NCBI GenBank assembly: GCA_000091205.1
Contig: AP006500.2
Length of the DNA: 64,000 bases
Reading direction: 5' to 3' (one strand)
DNA from: Cyanidioschyzon merolae
Taxonomy: Eukaryota
A program made the position numbers and the translations under genes. Under the pieces are notes generated by a model that worked only from the letters and a program-made list of their open reading frames with translations, ran no database searches and had not been told where the DNA came from. The number at the start of each line of letters is the position of its first letter. The stretch's first letter is position 1. Positions 18,663-29,885 of the stretch are shown here, piece after piece.

Positions 18663-20407
18663 TTGATTCGAACGACGGCATCCATATCGTCCAAAAAATG
18701 GCCTATGCTTCCACGGTGGCTAAAGAGGCTGCAAATCAAATGGAGGAACAAAGTCGCAGGTCGACCAACATCAAAACTTGGAGCGACAGCCGGCTCCAAA
18801 TGTCAGGTACAGCAACCCATGGCGCCTGCCGGCTGCTGTGTGGCAGTTCCGAGCACACCACGGTCGACGACGACGCGTCTTTCCACTGACGACTACTCTG
18901 TTTCCGAAGCGTCCAGCCAGTTTAAACCTCAGCTCCTGGAAGACTGGGTCATAGACTTGAGTGCTGAGCCTTTGCGTCTTTCGGGAGCAGCCGAGCATCC
19001 CTGCGGTGGCCTGTTCGAGAAGGGCCTCCATCGGTCGCTCGCTGTGGACGCGCTCTGGCAGCAAGCTGTCGAGTCTGACCGAACGCCAGCCCGAACATGC
19101 GCCCAGTACGATGCAGTGCGTTACCTGCCGGTAGATGGCACCACAGACGTGTTGCTTCCGCAGACACATGCACGGGACTGGGCATACGCCCCGCCCGCCG
19201 ACGCCAAGCAGCCTCGGTCGGCGTTACTGGCTCGGCGTCGATGGACAGAGGGTAACCTCATTGTCGGCAGGAGGCTGCAGCCCCTGGTTGGTGTCCAGGG
19301 TTCTGGTTCCGACGGGCGCTATGTGTTTCTGGCACCCGCCGTGTCCACAGAAATGCAGCAGCAGCAGCAGCAGCAGCAGCGTCCGTCACCTGCTGATGGC
19401 AATGCCGCTGCTCATCACTTGGTCGGCTCAGAGCGGATCCCGACCGAGATCCTGTCCGAGGACCCATTAGATCTGGTAGAGATGCTGGCGCTCGCGCTAG
19501 ACCGGCAACAAGTGGAAGCGAACTGTGGCCAGCAAGCTGAGCGAAGCGTACATGAAACCGGATACGAGACGTCGGACACCAGGCATCAGCACAGGCAGGC
19601 ATCGCTCCACGCGAGCGAAGCATCGCCGCATTCTTCGGATGGTACGCTGCACGATGCTGAGGCTGGTGCCGCTGCTTGTGCCCCAGTCGGCGATGCTTTC
19701 CGCATGGATAACATATCTACAGCGTTTGTCGCTGATAACGAGCAGGAGCTGCCCGTTGAATCCAGCGAACTCACACGTGCACCGCTATCACGCCGAGCGC
19801 TTGTTCGCACCGTCCGAAGCGTTGCCGAGTATATCCACGCCGTGCTGCTCCGTTGGACTAGCGATGATCACGCAGACGGTGGCGGTGGTCTCAGCGCTGC
19901 ACCCCGCGAGCTCGATGAACTCACCACGGCAGGTATCGTGGAACTGCTCGAGATCCTGCTCTGGAACGAGGGCGTCATCATCCTGAACGATACAGACGGT
20001 CTCACTGCAGCGGTTTACGGAGCCTCCGCGTTGGCAGACTTGGCACTCTGTGCACCGTACGAAACGCTCGTAGGAAGCGCCTCCGTCCTCGAATGCCTCC
20101 GCCAGACGATTGCCGCTCAGGAACGGTACCGCTTTGGTCGGCCGCCTTCGCCATTATCGCAGCTGCTGCTACGTGAAGCTTGGCGATGCCTTCGAAATAT
20201 CACTGGAAATACACGAGTCGCTAATCGACTTGTCTTTTTAGCGCAAGATGCAGAAAGAAACAAGGAACCGTCGCTCATCGAACTCGCGCTGCTCCTGAGT
20301 GACAATGCGGCGATACCGGCTGCGATCGCCGTCGAGGCCTGGGCCTGTATACGCAACTGGTGCGCTGCTGCCGTGGAGCCCGTGGATCCCTCTCAACCGA
20401 GCAGTTC

Positions 20408-20442
<35 letters not shown>

Positions 20443-21656
20443 ATGTCCCTCGTCGCCAGCCGATGACATCGAACCCGTGGGCCTGTTTCATGCTCTTGGA
20501 GAAAAGCGAACACGGTGCGACCTTGTGGCGTCTGGCCACCCGACACGCTGCCCTTCTCGAGACAAGTACCAGCGACGATGCATGCTTCCAGCATCGTCAA
20601 GCACTGGAGCAGCTCTGGGCACTGATTTCGGTGATGCTCACCACGCTCAATGAGCATCAATGGAAATATCTCGACGGCATCGGACTCCTCGAGGCCGTGG
20701 AGCATGTCCTGCAAATGCCTTGGCAGTTTGAGCGGGATCCGTTCTCCATCGAAAGCGCTGTACCAGCAGACTCGCTCCTCGATACCAACGCACGGACGGT
20801 ACCGTTACTCGTACGCCAGTACGCGCTTCGTTGCGTGCGGCTCCTAACTGAGCGCGAAACAGGGCTCCGCACCTGGTTGCAGTACACGCGCAAGTGGAGC
20901 ATCATCAGGCCCAGTGAGAGCGTCCCGCTTTTGGCAATAATCGTCAAGCACTTGACTTGCACGCAGATGAGTGAGCGTCCCGCCTATTATGCGCTTGCGA
21001 TCCAAGCGGGAGAGGTGCTCACGACCCTGTGCCGCTACGGCTCCGTTCGTGGCGACCTCCTCCAGACGCCAGGCCTAGTACACGGGCTCGTGGGTCAGTT
21101 AGCAGCCCAGTCACTGGACCTGCTGGCGCAAAATCCTCAACAGGCAGCCGCTGTACCAGCCGTCGGTGCTGAGCGCACCCCAGCCGCAACGCACGCGCTT
21201 CCCAGGAACCAAAGCTGGGTCCAGGATAGAGTGTACCAACCCGAAGCCTTCCAACAGCAGTTGATGCTGGTCTGCCTCCAGGCCCTTACGGACCTCGCAG
21301 CACTGCCGCAGGCGTCACCAGCGATTCTCAGTGCGTTGGAACACTACGGTGGCCTTCGGTTCCTGCTCGACTCGTGTCAAGTGCTGGGGTTGCACCCAGC
21401 GATTCGTTCCAGCGTCCGAAACCTGTTGCTTGCGCTGCGATCCCTGCTCACGGAAAGCAACACGACACGAAGCCCTGACGTCTTTGATATAGAGAGCGTT
21501 ATCCAGGACATTTCTCGAACGGCGACTTTCTTGTGCGGTTTCAGTAGTCGTACGCGTCTCGCGCTGGAGCTCTTCGCCGTCCAACAGCGACTCAGCAAGG
21601 CGAGTCTAAGCCGCTCTGTATCCAGCAGTGCCTTGTTGCTGCAGCGACGCACTTGA
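18663..21656 (+). CDS. Large hypothetical protein (about 997 aa), possibly alpha-solenoid (ARM/HEAT-like); contains polyQ and poly-Thr tracts.
   Basis: Single uninterrupted 3-kb ORF with eukaryotic codon bias. Helical, Leu/Ala-rich segments (...LVELLEILLWNEGVIILND...) are separated by low-complexity linkers: QQQQQQQQ from (CAG)8 at about 19356-19380, TTTTTTTTTT from (GAC)10 at about 20411-20442. No enzymatic motif recognised. The true start is probably internal. Confidence 0.5.
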
Positions 21657-22806
21657 GTGTGTGCTGCGACCGAGGACCCGCGGAAGCGTCGTGCTCCAGG
21701 GTGCCGCATCCTGTGAGGTCTCTCCGACTGCAGCTTCAGCGCGGGAGAGTACATGCGTTGCGTATCGTGCGACTCGGGGGGCAGCGCTGGAGTGCGGACA
21801 GCACGCTCCTCAAAATCAGCAGCAGCAGCAGCAGCAGCAGAAACGCTGGTGCCTGCTAGTTCAGCCTAGAGCTGCTGCTTGGAACGAGTCACTGGGCACC
21901 AAGGTGGCACTTGACGAGGGGGGCGGGTCTTCTGTGGCGACGTCTCGCCCGTTCCTGTCGACGTACTTGGAGCCTGTCTCCAGCGCGACTGGTATATCGG
22001 TAAGCCCAGGGTTTCCCGAGTCACCGACGGTGTACTCAGAGACGCACGCTGGTTTCAGTCGCTTGCGGAAATGAGGCCAAAGCGCACGCTAGTGATGCCT
22101 CCCCGTTATCGAGCATGGCGGGCCTTGTCACTCAAACGCCTCATAAGCAGCGGTTTCCGTGTTCATCCGGGGCGCAACTAGCTCTCTTGCAGCTGCTTTT
22201 GAGCGAAATCTGTATACTTTAAAGTGAATGCCGTTCTTGTGGACGCCTTGGATGAGCCATGCTGTCAGGAGCGGGCATTCGTCTACCCCAAGGTCTAGTG
22301 CATCTCTGGTCGACAGCGAAACGCTGAGCGGAAATCGTTTCCGATGGCGCTCGGCTCATGACAAAAGCTACTCAGTATGAAAGGTCGGTGCAGTCGGTCT
22401 GCGATCAAATGGCTATGGGCAGGGAACCGAGCCTACGCACGGAAAGTATGCGTTGTGCGGTATCGACAGAGAGGCGCAACGGTTCGCGAATACACTTTTC
22501 AGGCGCCGCAATGAGAGACGTACCACTCAATGGGGCTTCGCATCGAGCTGTATTTCCGGGCAAGCGTTCCTGTTCTGCTGCAGCGTTGCCTGATGGGCTG
22601 GTCTTCCATAAATCCCGGGCCTTGAACAGGTCCCTGGATCCACGGCAGCAGCAGGGGAACAAGATAGCGTCTGAACGCTGAAACAACCAGCGAATGGCGC
22701 TCCCAGGCGCATCCTGTGCGGATGCATCGACTCGACATTGTAGAGACGCGTCAGAAATTCCATATCATGATGCATCTGTACGGCCACTACCAGAAAACTG
22801 CATCGT

Positions 22807-25800
22807 TCATAGCCGCTTCGAGCGAGATCCCGTGGCACCGCCAGCGTCCAAGGAAAACAGTAAGAGCAGGTCCGCCAGTCGACTCGATTGATTCTCTGTA
22901 CCAGAACTGCCGAGTGCATCCTCTACCATGCTCCGTTTCTTGTCCTGAAGCAAGAGCATACGCTCCTCGACAGAGTCTCGAACGATGTAACGCCGAATCT
23001 GTACAGTACGAGTCTGTCCCATTCGATGAACCCGATCCATGGCCTGCTCTTCTACATAAGGATTCCACCAGGGATCCACCAAAAAGACGGAGGAGGCGGC
23101 GGTGAGGTTCAAACCAACGCCTCCCGCACGAAGCGAAGCTAAGAGCACGTTCATCCGTCCAGTGGCGGTTGCGGCCGAGGTAGACGGATTCATCGTGGCA
23201 AACGCCTCGAGTACCGCTGTTCGTCGGCTCTGGGAGAGCGTGCCATCAAGACGCCCCACTTGAAACAGCGTTCGAGCGTGCTCGTGATTCCATGCTTGCA
23301 GCGCTCGTTCAATCAGGTCCAGCATACCGGTCCACTGGGAGAACACCACACATTTGCCGTGCCGAACAGGATCGCGCTCGAACGCCTGCACTGCTTCGAC
23401 GAGATCATTGACGAGTCTCGCGAGCTTGGTGCTGAGGAAGAAACCCCTCTCCAGGTCGACGCGAAAGCGAGACCGACGCGGCGTACTCATCACATCGGCA
23501 AAAGAGCAGCCTTTCCGACACACGGGACATTGGGCGTTCCCGTGTCGATTGCTCAGCAGCAACGTCAAGATGCAGTCTCGACAGAAGACATGCGCGCAGT
23601 TCCGTAAAGCCACTGCGTCATCGATGCTCTCCAAACAGATCGGACACAAGGGTTTGGTGTTCGTACTGGACTCGATGGAGCGCTCATCGTGCAGACTCTG
23701 CTGCAACTGGCCCGCCAACGTTTCCAGGTACGTGGTCGCCTGGTCTGATCCTCGGCCTTCCGTCAAGCGTTGCATAAACTTCTGCACATCCTGGAGAATA
23801 TGCAGGTCGCGTGCCGGGCAGGACATGATCAGGAGCGGATGATCGCAGAGCTGTCGAATGCGCATCAACATTTCAAATACCGTCGTCAAGTAAAAGGTGA
23901 TCTGATTGTCTGCCAAAAACGTGGAAAAGCGCGCTCGACTTGCCTTGTAAACGGCATCATAGAGCTGTCGTTCGGCAGCAGATAGGTCTACGTATACGAC
24001 CTCCGTCTGCTTGGCGGGTAGCTCCAGAATCGGTGCACCAGTGTGCTCGTCCAGTGTGCGCTTCGTTCGACGTAGCATCAGCGGTTGAAGAATCGATGAC
24101 AAAAGCGAGAGCGCTGCCTGCATCTTTGCCGCTTGACCTGACTCGAAGGGACGCGCTATGTACCGTTTCCAAAGCGAGGCATCTGACCAGGGTTCCACCG
24201 CCAGAAACCGCAACAGCGGATAGATGTCTTCGAGATTGTTCTGCAACGGGGTTCCCGTCAGAGCCCAGCGGTAACGGCTTCTCAGGTCGAGCACGGCACG
24301 AGAGCAGCCACTGCTGGGATTCTTGATGACATGCGCCTCGTCCAGGATCAGTCGATGCCAGCGAAGTGCGTACAAACCGCGCGCCTCCGCGGATTCAGTT
24401 TGTTGGGTGCTTTTCCAGGTCGAATACAGGGTACCGTAGGTGGTAATCACCACCTGAAAACGCGCCAAGACCAAGGGATCCGTCTCGCGATCATTCGCGT
24501 AGTAGATATGGACAATGAAATCGGCATCATCGGCGACATGAGTGTTGAGTTCAGCGCACCACTGACTGAGAATCGACATGGGGCAGACAATCAGCGTACC
24601 GCCACAGCAGCTGTCGACGAGCGACCGTCTGGTTTGAGCTGCGGCTGCGGCATTGGCAGCTCGACGTCCACCAGCCTTCGTATCGGACTCGTTTTCGCGG
24701 TGCGACTCGGTGGTGACGCGCTCGGGATGCTTCGTGAACAGCGCTGCCTGTCGGTCGAGTCGTGTCTGCTCCTGGGGAGGTCGTGGGTTTGCCAACATTA
24801 ACGAAATCGCTTCGACGGTTTTCCCGAGTCCCATTTCGTCCGCTAGGATGCCTCCGGCTACCGCCGGCGACGTCATCGGCGGCTGCAGCGATACCCGGCC
24901 CGATACTCGATGCTGGAAGTAGCGCGTTCCATCGGGGAGACGCTGCTCCCGCCAGGTTTGTTGGGTATCGTCGCTACTTGGAGTATGACTTGGAGCTCGT
25001 TCGCGAGCAACCATCCAGTTCAGGGCACTCTGTTGGTACGGACGCAGCGTCGACGCCAACAGTGGCGGCACCGGCACCGGTGGTGCATCAACATGGACGT
25101 TTTCGGCAGCGGCTAGGATCCACTGGACGGCGTCCTCGGGGCGGAAGGCCTCAGTGCGTAGGCACTTGGTTACCGAAGCGGAGCCCCGCTCTCCGGGTGC
25201 TTCGATTCGCGCCTTGGTATGGGTAATGGTATCCGAACTCAGAGCCGTTGTTTCGTTGGTGTCCGTCCCTGAACCGGTTAGGGAGTGGAAGAGCTGTGCA
25301 ATCCAGTGCGTGAGTGCATCCTCCTGGTCCGCGTCGAAGCCTGCAGGTCGCCGACCGCTACGCTCCCCGGGTGCAGCGAAGGAAAACATAGACTTGGCAG
25401 CAAATATGGCAACCTCGGCAATAAACACACAGGCGAATCGAATGTGCAGCGGGCAGTCCACCGCTCGAGCTCGCGCTATAATCAGATTGGCGCTCTGCAA
25501 AGCACCGAGGCAAGTTGGTAGATCGAGCGCTTCCAGCGGCTCAAGACGCCCAAACTCGCGGCCGTGCTCAGCGGTGCACACCCGCACTGCGAAGCGCAGT
25601 CGCTGACGCTGCCGGTTGCGGTTGTGACGACCCAGACTTCCCGTTCCGTTGGACATAATTGGGCTCACCTTGAGCACCAGCTCCGCGCCACTCGTCACCG
25701 CCATGGGCTCAAGCGTGGCAGTGGCGCGAACCGGGACTAGAATACTGCCGAGGTACTTGGGCCAGCGCGTCGTGCCTCCTCCGTGCTCTGCTCGCAGCGC

Positions 25801-26187
25801 CACCAGTTGTTTCTGGATCCAGGGTTCCAACGAGTCCATATCCTCCACCGGGTCTTGAGGCGACGCACACGAGGATGCTGGTTCGCTTTCTGGCGTCGGC
25901 GAGTCAAACACTTCACGGCCAACTGCAGGTGTCCGTCTGCTGGAGCCCACGCCGTCGGAGAGGCGTCCGGTTTTCGCTTCCCATGACGTTGCTGACGGCG
26001 AGTAGGCACGCTCTGCAGCGTGCTGCTGCCTGCTCTTGGCCCCCGTCTCGTGAGATGCCTGGGAGTTGGGGCGACGCTGCGCTTCGCCGCCTCTGTACCG
26101 TTTCCTGGCACTGCTCGCTGCACCTACTTGGCTCTGAAACGGAGTGGAAGCATGCCTGTTCCCTATTTGTGTTTGCATGCGGTCCAT
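22807..26187 (-). CDS. SNF2-family DNA helicase/translocase with an embedded C3HC4 RING finger (Rad5/Rad16/HLTF-like); probable N-terminal HIRAN-like region.
   Basis: Helicase motifs: GGILADEMGLGKT (I), RWHRLILDEAHVIKN (II, DEAH) and LTGTPLQNNLEDIYPLLRFL (III). RING: CPICLESIDDAVALRNCAHVFCRDCI...CPVCR. Helicase-C: ...VLLASLRAGGVGLNLTAASSVFLVDPWWNPYVEEQAMDRVHRMGQTRTV.... The RING sits between the helicase lobes, as in Rad5/HLTF. Confidence 0.9.
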   Translation of the reverse strand: MDRMQTQIGNRHASTPFQSQVGAASSARKRYRGGEAQRRPNSQASHETGAKSRQQHAAERAYSPSATSWEAKTGRLSDGVGSSRRTPAVGREVFDSPTPESEPASSCASPQDPVEDMDSLEPWIQKQLVALRAEHGGGTTRWPKYLGSILVPVRATATLEPMAVTSGAELVLKVSPIMSNGTGSLGRHNRNRQRQRLRFAVRVCTAEHGREFGRLEPLEALDLPTCLGALQSANLIIARARAVDCPLHIRFACVFIAEVAIFAAKSMFSFAAPGERSGRRPAGFDADQEDALTHWIAQLFHSLTGSGTDTNETTALSSDTITHTKARIEAPGERGSASVTKCLRTEAFRPEDAVQWILAAAENVHVDAPPVPVPPLLASTLRPYQQSALNWMVARERAPSHTPSSDDTQQTWREQRLPDGTRYFQHRVSGRVSLQPPMTSPAVAGGILADEMGLGKTVEAISLMLANPRPPQEQTRLDRQAALFTKHPERVTTESHRENESDTKAGGRRAANAAAAAQTRRSLVDSCCGGTLIVCPMSILSQWCAELNTHVADDADFIVHIYYANDRETDPLVLARFQVVITTYGTLYSTWKSTQQTESAEARGLYALRWHRLILDEAHVIKNPSSGCSRAVLDLRSRYRWALTGTPLQNNLEDIYPLLRFLAVEPWSDASLWKRYIARPFESGQAAKMQAALSLLSSILQPLMLRRTKRTLDEHTGAPILELPAKQTEVVYVDLSAAERQLYDAVYKASRARFSTFLADNQITFYLTTVFEMLMRIRQLCDHPLLIMSCPARDLHILQDVQKFMQRLTEGRGSDQATTYLETLAGQLQQSLHDERSIESSTNTKPLCPICLESIDDAVALRNCAHVFCRDCILTLLLSNRHGNAQCPVCRKGCSFADVMSTPRRSRFRVDLERGFFLSTKLARLVNDLVEAVQAFERDPVRHGKCVVFSQWTGMLDLIERALQAWNHEHARTLFQVGRLDGTLSQSRRTAVLEAFATMNPSTSAATATGRMNVLLASLRAGGVGLNLTAASSVFLVDPWWNPYVEEQAMDRVHRMGQTRTVQIRRYIVRDSVEERMLLLQDKKRSMVEDALGSSGTENQSSRLADLLLLFSLDAGGATGSRSKRL

Positions 26188-26278
26188 GCACCGCGTCTAC
26201 AACAGATCCAATACCGCGTCCTCCTTATACAGACGACCTGAACAGCGTCGTATGCCCGGAAAGGCTTCAGTTTCGGGT

Positions 26279-26304
26279 TCGGCTCGGCTCGGCTCGGCTC
26301 GGGC
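26279..26304. repeat. (GGCTC)4-5 pentanucleotide repeat.
   Basis: ggttcggctcggctcggctcggctcggg, just upstream of the helicase gene start. Confidence 0.6.
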
Positions 26305-26619
26305 CAGTCCTGAAGGCAACGCGTTGTCAAAGCGGAGCGGGAACACGCGCGCTACCTGCACGACGCCCGAGTTCGATGAAAATGGAAGCGTGAATAATAT
26401 GTTCTGCTTCTTGCTTTCGAACTGTTTTCAGATCTGATTTTCGGATCCAAAAAGTTCTAGACGCGAATTTTAGCAATACGGATTCACGGATTCATGCGTC
26501 GGTTTCGGATGCTTTGCTGAGTTTGCAGTCTGGCTTGCTTGAGGCTTTGCCGCCGATACTCATGATGTCATGGGTATCGAAATGAATCGCGGCTCGCTCG
26601 AGCGAGGGATCTTAACATA

Positions 26620-27330
26620 CACGATATCCTTATCCAATGGATGTGTACAAGCATCCGCAACGCTCCTTTCCTTAGGTGTAGCATTGCTCAAATAACGAAT
26701 TCTTTCGAGGTTTCGATCTTACTGCTTCAAGGCATCTCGTGGGCCCCGTGTGTCGCGCCCCTTGATAGACGTTGAAGTTTTTACAACTTGGGCCTGAACG
26801 ACTTGATCACAAGCTCGTACAGAACGCTCACTGAACAGGTACGGTCAGGGAATCGATTCCGATCGAAAGATAAATCGTTTTCTCTTTGTGGCTGCCGAAG
26901 AACAGCGCACTCGACAGCAGCTCGATACCTCGGACGGGATATGCTGCCAGATGCCTCCATCTCTATTGCTTGCATGGGAAAGCGTCTTGGACATGGACGT
27001 CAGTCATTGCAGCGATCGTTTCCCGTCGGATATACGTCACCGCTTCCAAGCAAGAAAGCGTAGACGGATCGAAATACGTCGATCTGTTCTCCAGCTTCGA
27101 TTTTCGTTCCGGCACTTGTTCCATCATAGACAGGATCCAGTTCCACAGATCCTCTGTCTCATGGAAGAGCGTGCACTGCCATGTACAGAGGAGGAATTAC
27201 TCGCCTGAACCATCGCCCAGAGCAAGCGAGAGATCCCAGGAGATGTTACCGGGTGCGGCTGCCGAGGCAAGGAGCGAGTGGAGCCTTCTGTTCCAGTCAA
27301 GGGCGTGCACCGAGCGCTGACGCAAACGTT
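26620..27330 (+). repeat. Dispersed repeat family, copy B.
   Basis: Blocks shared with copy A: 'atgtgtacaagc', 'caagg..tctcgtggg' and 'cgacttgatcacaagctcgt'. With copy C: 'gggaatcgattccgatcgaa'. Translated similarity of 26888..27208(+) (...PSLLLAWESV...RHRFQARKRRRIEIRR...FHHRQDPVPQIL) to A and C. It lies in the 1.9-kb divergent spacer between the helicase and ERH genes. Confidence 0.55.
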
Positions 27331-28115
27331 CATGCTCCCTGTGGCGATACTCGACGGGCAAGGAAGAAGTGTACAAGACGTATGAGGACACCTCACCACC
27401 GCCAATGGCACCGCTGCAAAGAGCGCAGCGATGTTGTCTACGTAAGTGATGGAAATGGCAAGCGAAGCGGCGTTCGCAACGACCGCTTTTGCTTGAAGTG
27501 CATCGACAGCAGCCGGAAGCAACGAATTCGGTGCTTGCAAACTGCCATCAACATGCTGCGTCTGCTCAAAAAGATGCTGGCGGACAGGAGAGACCGGCCT
27601 GTTCAAAGCCGGAGATAAGAAAAGGGCAAAAAGGTCGCAGAACAAGCACTCCCTGGCTGGTGGTGAACTCAGACCCAAACTTTAGAGTGTAACTTCCCAC
27701 ACGGTCCCGTTCTTTCGCCTGCTGACACAGTTGTAACACGCACGCATCCAGGCATCGTTTCAACTACCGATGAGTACGGCGATGACGACAAGAGCAGTTG
27801 TTCGGGTACCTGATTCGCTTCCTTGCAGAATCCACGTTTCTAACCAGACGATTCCAGACCCCAGGTCACTCTACAGAGCCAGAGTACCAACGTAATTGTT
27901 TCCTCGGCTCTCGTGAACGTATCCTCATATTGCCGAGACGTCCATCTCGTCGGGGTACGAGCTCCCAGCACCTGTGTTTCTCTTGTTTCGCTGGTACGGC
28001 GGCGTCGGCAGCCACGGCGTTTCGCTTCGCGCACACGTGGCCTCTTCCTGCGTTTGGCAACGAACGAAGAGGGCAACGATTGCCTTCTAGTTTCGCATTG
28101 TTTCTTGGTGCCTTG

Positions 28116-28433
28116 ATGACGCACACAGTGCTCCTGTTACAACCTGCAGCAGCGAAGACGACACGAACATACTACGACTATGAGTCGATCGCGGAGCTGG
28201 TGGACGGCCTTTGTCATTTGTACGAGCAGCGGGTACGAGCGCAGAACCCCGGTATGCAGCAAGTGGAGTACGGACTTGGTGACTTGAATCGTTTCATTGA
28301 TGAACTATTCGATTGTGGAGTTTTGACCTATGACGAAGCGACACGTTCTTACAAACCGCACAATAAAGCTTGGTTAAAGGAGCAGTGCTATCGGCTCTTG
28401 AAAGCACGGGCAAAGCCGGCGAACGCTGCCTGA
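28116..28433 (+). CDS. ERH: Enhancer of rudimentary homolog (ERH), 105 aa.
   Basis: MTHTVLLLQPAAAKTTRTYYDYESIAELVDGLCHLYEQRVRAQNPGMQQVEYGLGDLNRFIDELFDCGVLTYDEATRSYKPHNKAWLKEQCYRLLKAR closely follows the ERH consensus (MSHTILLVQP..RTYADYESV...YQPYNKDWIKEKIY.LL). The track ORF 27798..28433 adds 106 unrelated upstream codons; the ATG at 28116 is the likely start. Confidence 0.85.
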   Translation: MTHTVLLLQPAAAKTTRTYYDYESIAELVDGLCHLYEQRVRAQNPGMQQVEYGLGDLNRFIDELFDCGVLTYDEATRSYKPHNKAWLKEQCYRLLKARAKPANAA

Positions 28434-29885
28434 AAGGGGGCAGTGAACGCTGCCCAGTGTCATGTGATCCGCAGGTGTGTAGGTTCTGGGTCTGGGTTAG
28501 GTTTGGAGCGCTGCTAGCACTGTAGAATGTCCAATGATCGGCAAGTGTGAACGTTGGGGCTCTGGCTTGGCGCCCTGCGAGCAGTGTCGGGGAGTGGTCG
28601 TATTCAAGCCAAGCGAGCACGATTTCTAGCTATAATTGAGAGAAGCGAGACGCTCGAGCGCCAAGTTAGGGATCAAGCATTCGTTCGATGCTCTTGCAAC
28701 CGTATCATCTCGTCGTGCTTGAACGGCGCTCTCAGGTCGATACCGGCGAGCAACGCGCTAGCACTTGTACGCGAACAGGAGCAGCAGTGGCGGCATCTGG
28801 GCTTAGAGAACTAGTCCAGGCTCCACGCAAACGAGATGCGTGATCCATTCGAATACCATCGAGACGAATTCCGTACTGATAAGCTCCACAGGAGCGGTCG
28901 TTTCGATGACAGAACGAGTCGCATGATGCGTGGTCGTTCTGTTCGCGAAAAGTATGCCCTCCTCTGGATTCTCGCGTGGGCAGGAGCTTGGCGTCGAGTT
29001 GCCGAGACGGCACAGACTTTCCCAATCGGCTTGCAAAAGACGAGCGCTTTGCTCACAGAGGAGCAGCATATTCAAACGCTTCTCCACCTCAAGTCACACC
29101 GGCTGGTGACGTTACAACCTGGCGGAGCGCCGTCGCCTAAGTGGCGTCGCTACGAAACCTCTTTTCTTCTAAAGGCTCTGTCGTTCCAGTTGCGACTCCA
29201 CGTTGTACAGACACTCACCCCATCGACTCAACCTGGATATGCTGAGGCGCGGAGCTCTAGCGTCGCATATCCTGAAGACGAAGGTCTAGGGCAGCGTCCC
29301 GGTAAGCGAGCGCCATTGCAGGCTTGGCACTCGTCGACTTTTCTTGATCGGGCAAGCCTCTATTCGCGACGAGATGGCTTGTGTGCAGTTTGAGGAATCT
29401 AGAAGTCGCCGCACGGAAACGATGTTCACTTTCCATGTTGCCTTCTGGATGCAAGTATTTGGAAACTTGTGTATAGATCCATTGATCCGAGACGGTAAAA
29501 AGCTGGAGTAGTATCGCTGTTTTTCAAAGTACGATCGATCTGTCCAACCGGGTACATGCCCAAAAGTCTGAAAATGATCAGCATCTGGGAATGGGACTTT
29601 TCGCTTTTTTTTACCAAGAAGGTTCGATTTCGCTAACCGACTATGTCCCGAATCTCTGATATGGATCGACATTTATCGATACGACCATTCGATGAGGCGC
29701 TGGACACCACAGAATGCGAGAAACGGCGCCTGTCGCTGCGCGCTCAGGAGGATTGTTTCTGTTTTTGGGCGCCTGTCAGCGATCCATGCGGAAACCTTGA
29801 ACATCTACGCTTACGCGAGAGACCATTTTCCCACTGTACGAAGCCTGAGACGGTTTCAAGAGTTTTCATTTGGCTTTAAGCGAAT

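Noticed and set aside
28836-29393. 185-aa ORF (MRDPFEYHRDEFRTDKLHRSGRFDDRTSRMMRGRS...) in the ERH-downstream spacer.
   Set aside because: It has no recognisable domain, mixed composition and overlaps antisense ORFs. Evidence is insufficient to call a gene.
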